A stretch of DNA of 64,000 bases from the NCBI GenBank assembly GCA_049644605.1, contig JBARSF010000017.1, positions 7,805 to 71,804 of the forward strand, in the 5' to 3' direction. Made by a program: the position numbers and the translations under genes. The stretch comes from Anaerolineales bacterium (GTDB lineage: Bacteria; Chloroflexota; Anaerolineae; Anaerolineales; UBA11858). How positions within the stretch are numbered: the first letter of the stretch is position 1; each line of letters starts with the position of its first letter. This document shows positions 63,755 to 64,000 of this stretch, piece after piece. The notes below the pieces were generated by a model, which saw nothing but the letters and a program-made list of their open reading frames with translations, was not told the origin of the DNA and did no database searches.

Positions 63755-64000
63755 ATGGATGATACTAAAACCGTTCAGATAATTCACAGATTTGGGCTTG
63801 AGTCTGTCTTATCCTTTGAGGATGATCCTTTCCTTTGGGCAAGTGCTATAAAGAAATATTGGATAAAAGGACGTGGTTTCTCCAATCAGAATCATTCTCT
63901 TTACTTAGATGTAGCGGTCGCAGATCATGAAAGCATGGTCGGCTTGCGAGTAATTGAAAACTGGAGATTTGAACACCGGATGGATGGGCGGTTTAAACCT
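63755..64000 (+). CDS. Cassette 5': hypothetical protein, 3'-truncated by the window edge
   Basis: ATG at 63755, then 82 codons with no stop to position 64000 (MDDTKTVQIIHRFGLES...). It is absent from the ORF track because it has no stop. Confidence 0.55.
   Translation, partial: MDDTKTVQIIHRFGLESVLSFEDDPFLWASAIKKYWIKGRGFSNQNHSLYLDVAVADHESMVGLRVIENWRFEHRMDGRFKP

Larger units (their letters stand above)
60500..64000 (+). mobile_element. Integron-type gene cassette array 2 (at least 5 cassettes), continues past the window
   Basis: Same attC architecture and the same opening/closing core complementarity as array 1. Confidence 0.85.

Noticed and set aside
49900-64000. Could the regularly spaced repeats be a CRISPR array or REP/MITE elements?
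   Set aside because: The repeats are imperfect palindromes of variable length (18-127 bp) and sequence. The spacers are 0.3-1.5 kb ORFs with their own ribosome-binding sites. The opening/closing core complementarity is specific to integron cassettes. No cas genes are present.
1-64000. Search for an integron integrase or any tyrosine/serine recombinase or transposase ORF
   Set aside because: None of the translated ORFs shows recombinase motifs I can recognise (no R..H..R..Y tyrosine-recombinase pattern and no DDE-like ORF). I therefore annotate no integrase. It may lie outside the window.

Overview
The window reads like a Chloroflexota (Anaerolineae-like) chromosome; that assignment is inference from gene content only and no search was run.

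**Core region, 1-49.5 kb, mostly minus strand**
- An edge-truncated fused SHMT-GcvT gene that is missing from the ORF track.
- Three xanthine-dehydrogenase-family molybdenum hydroxylase loci with different subunit fusions, plus xdhC and ssnA.
- A cofC-cofD-cofE-npdG coenzyme F420 block with an LLM oxidoreductase.
- A CBS-type family II pyrophosphatase, an M20 dipeptidase, trxB and an orphan groES.
- The conserved cluster pnp-rpsO-ribF-truB-DHH-rbfA-infB-ylxR-nusA.
- A DHH-CBS-CCA/poly(A) polymerase fusion.
- A TPP-riboswitch-controlled thiamine salvage operon (thiN, thiB-like, thiP-like).

**Accessory region, 49.6-64 kb**
- An intact tRNA-Asp(GUC) with its own promoter and terminator is followed by an attI-like site and 8 integron-type cassettes.
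- Next come a TIR-TM-PhnD-like fusion gene, a decayed copy of the tRNA-Asp 3' half, a PD40 lipoprotein gene and a MetE-like gene fragment.
- A second attI-like site and at least 5 more cassettes then run off the window.

**Main result**
- The cassette call rests on a circular-permutation signature I read directly. In 10 of 12 testable cassettes the closing RYYYAAC core is the exact reverse complement of the opening GTTRRRY core, across four core variants.
- No integrase or other tyrosine recombinase is visible anywhere in the window.

**Limits**
- All family assignments come from motifs recognised by eye.
- No database search, HMM, covariance model or folding program was run.
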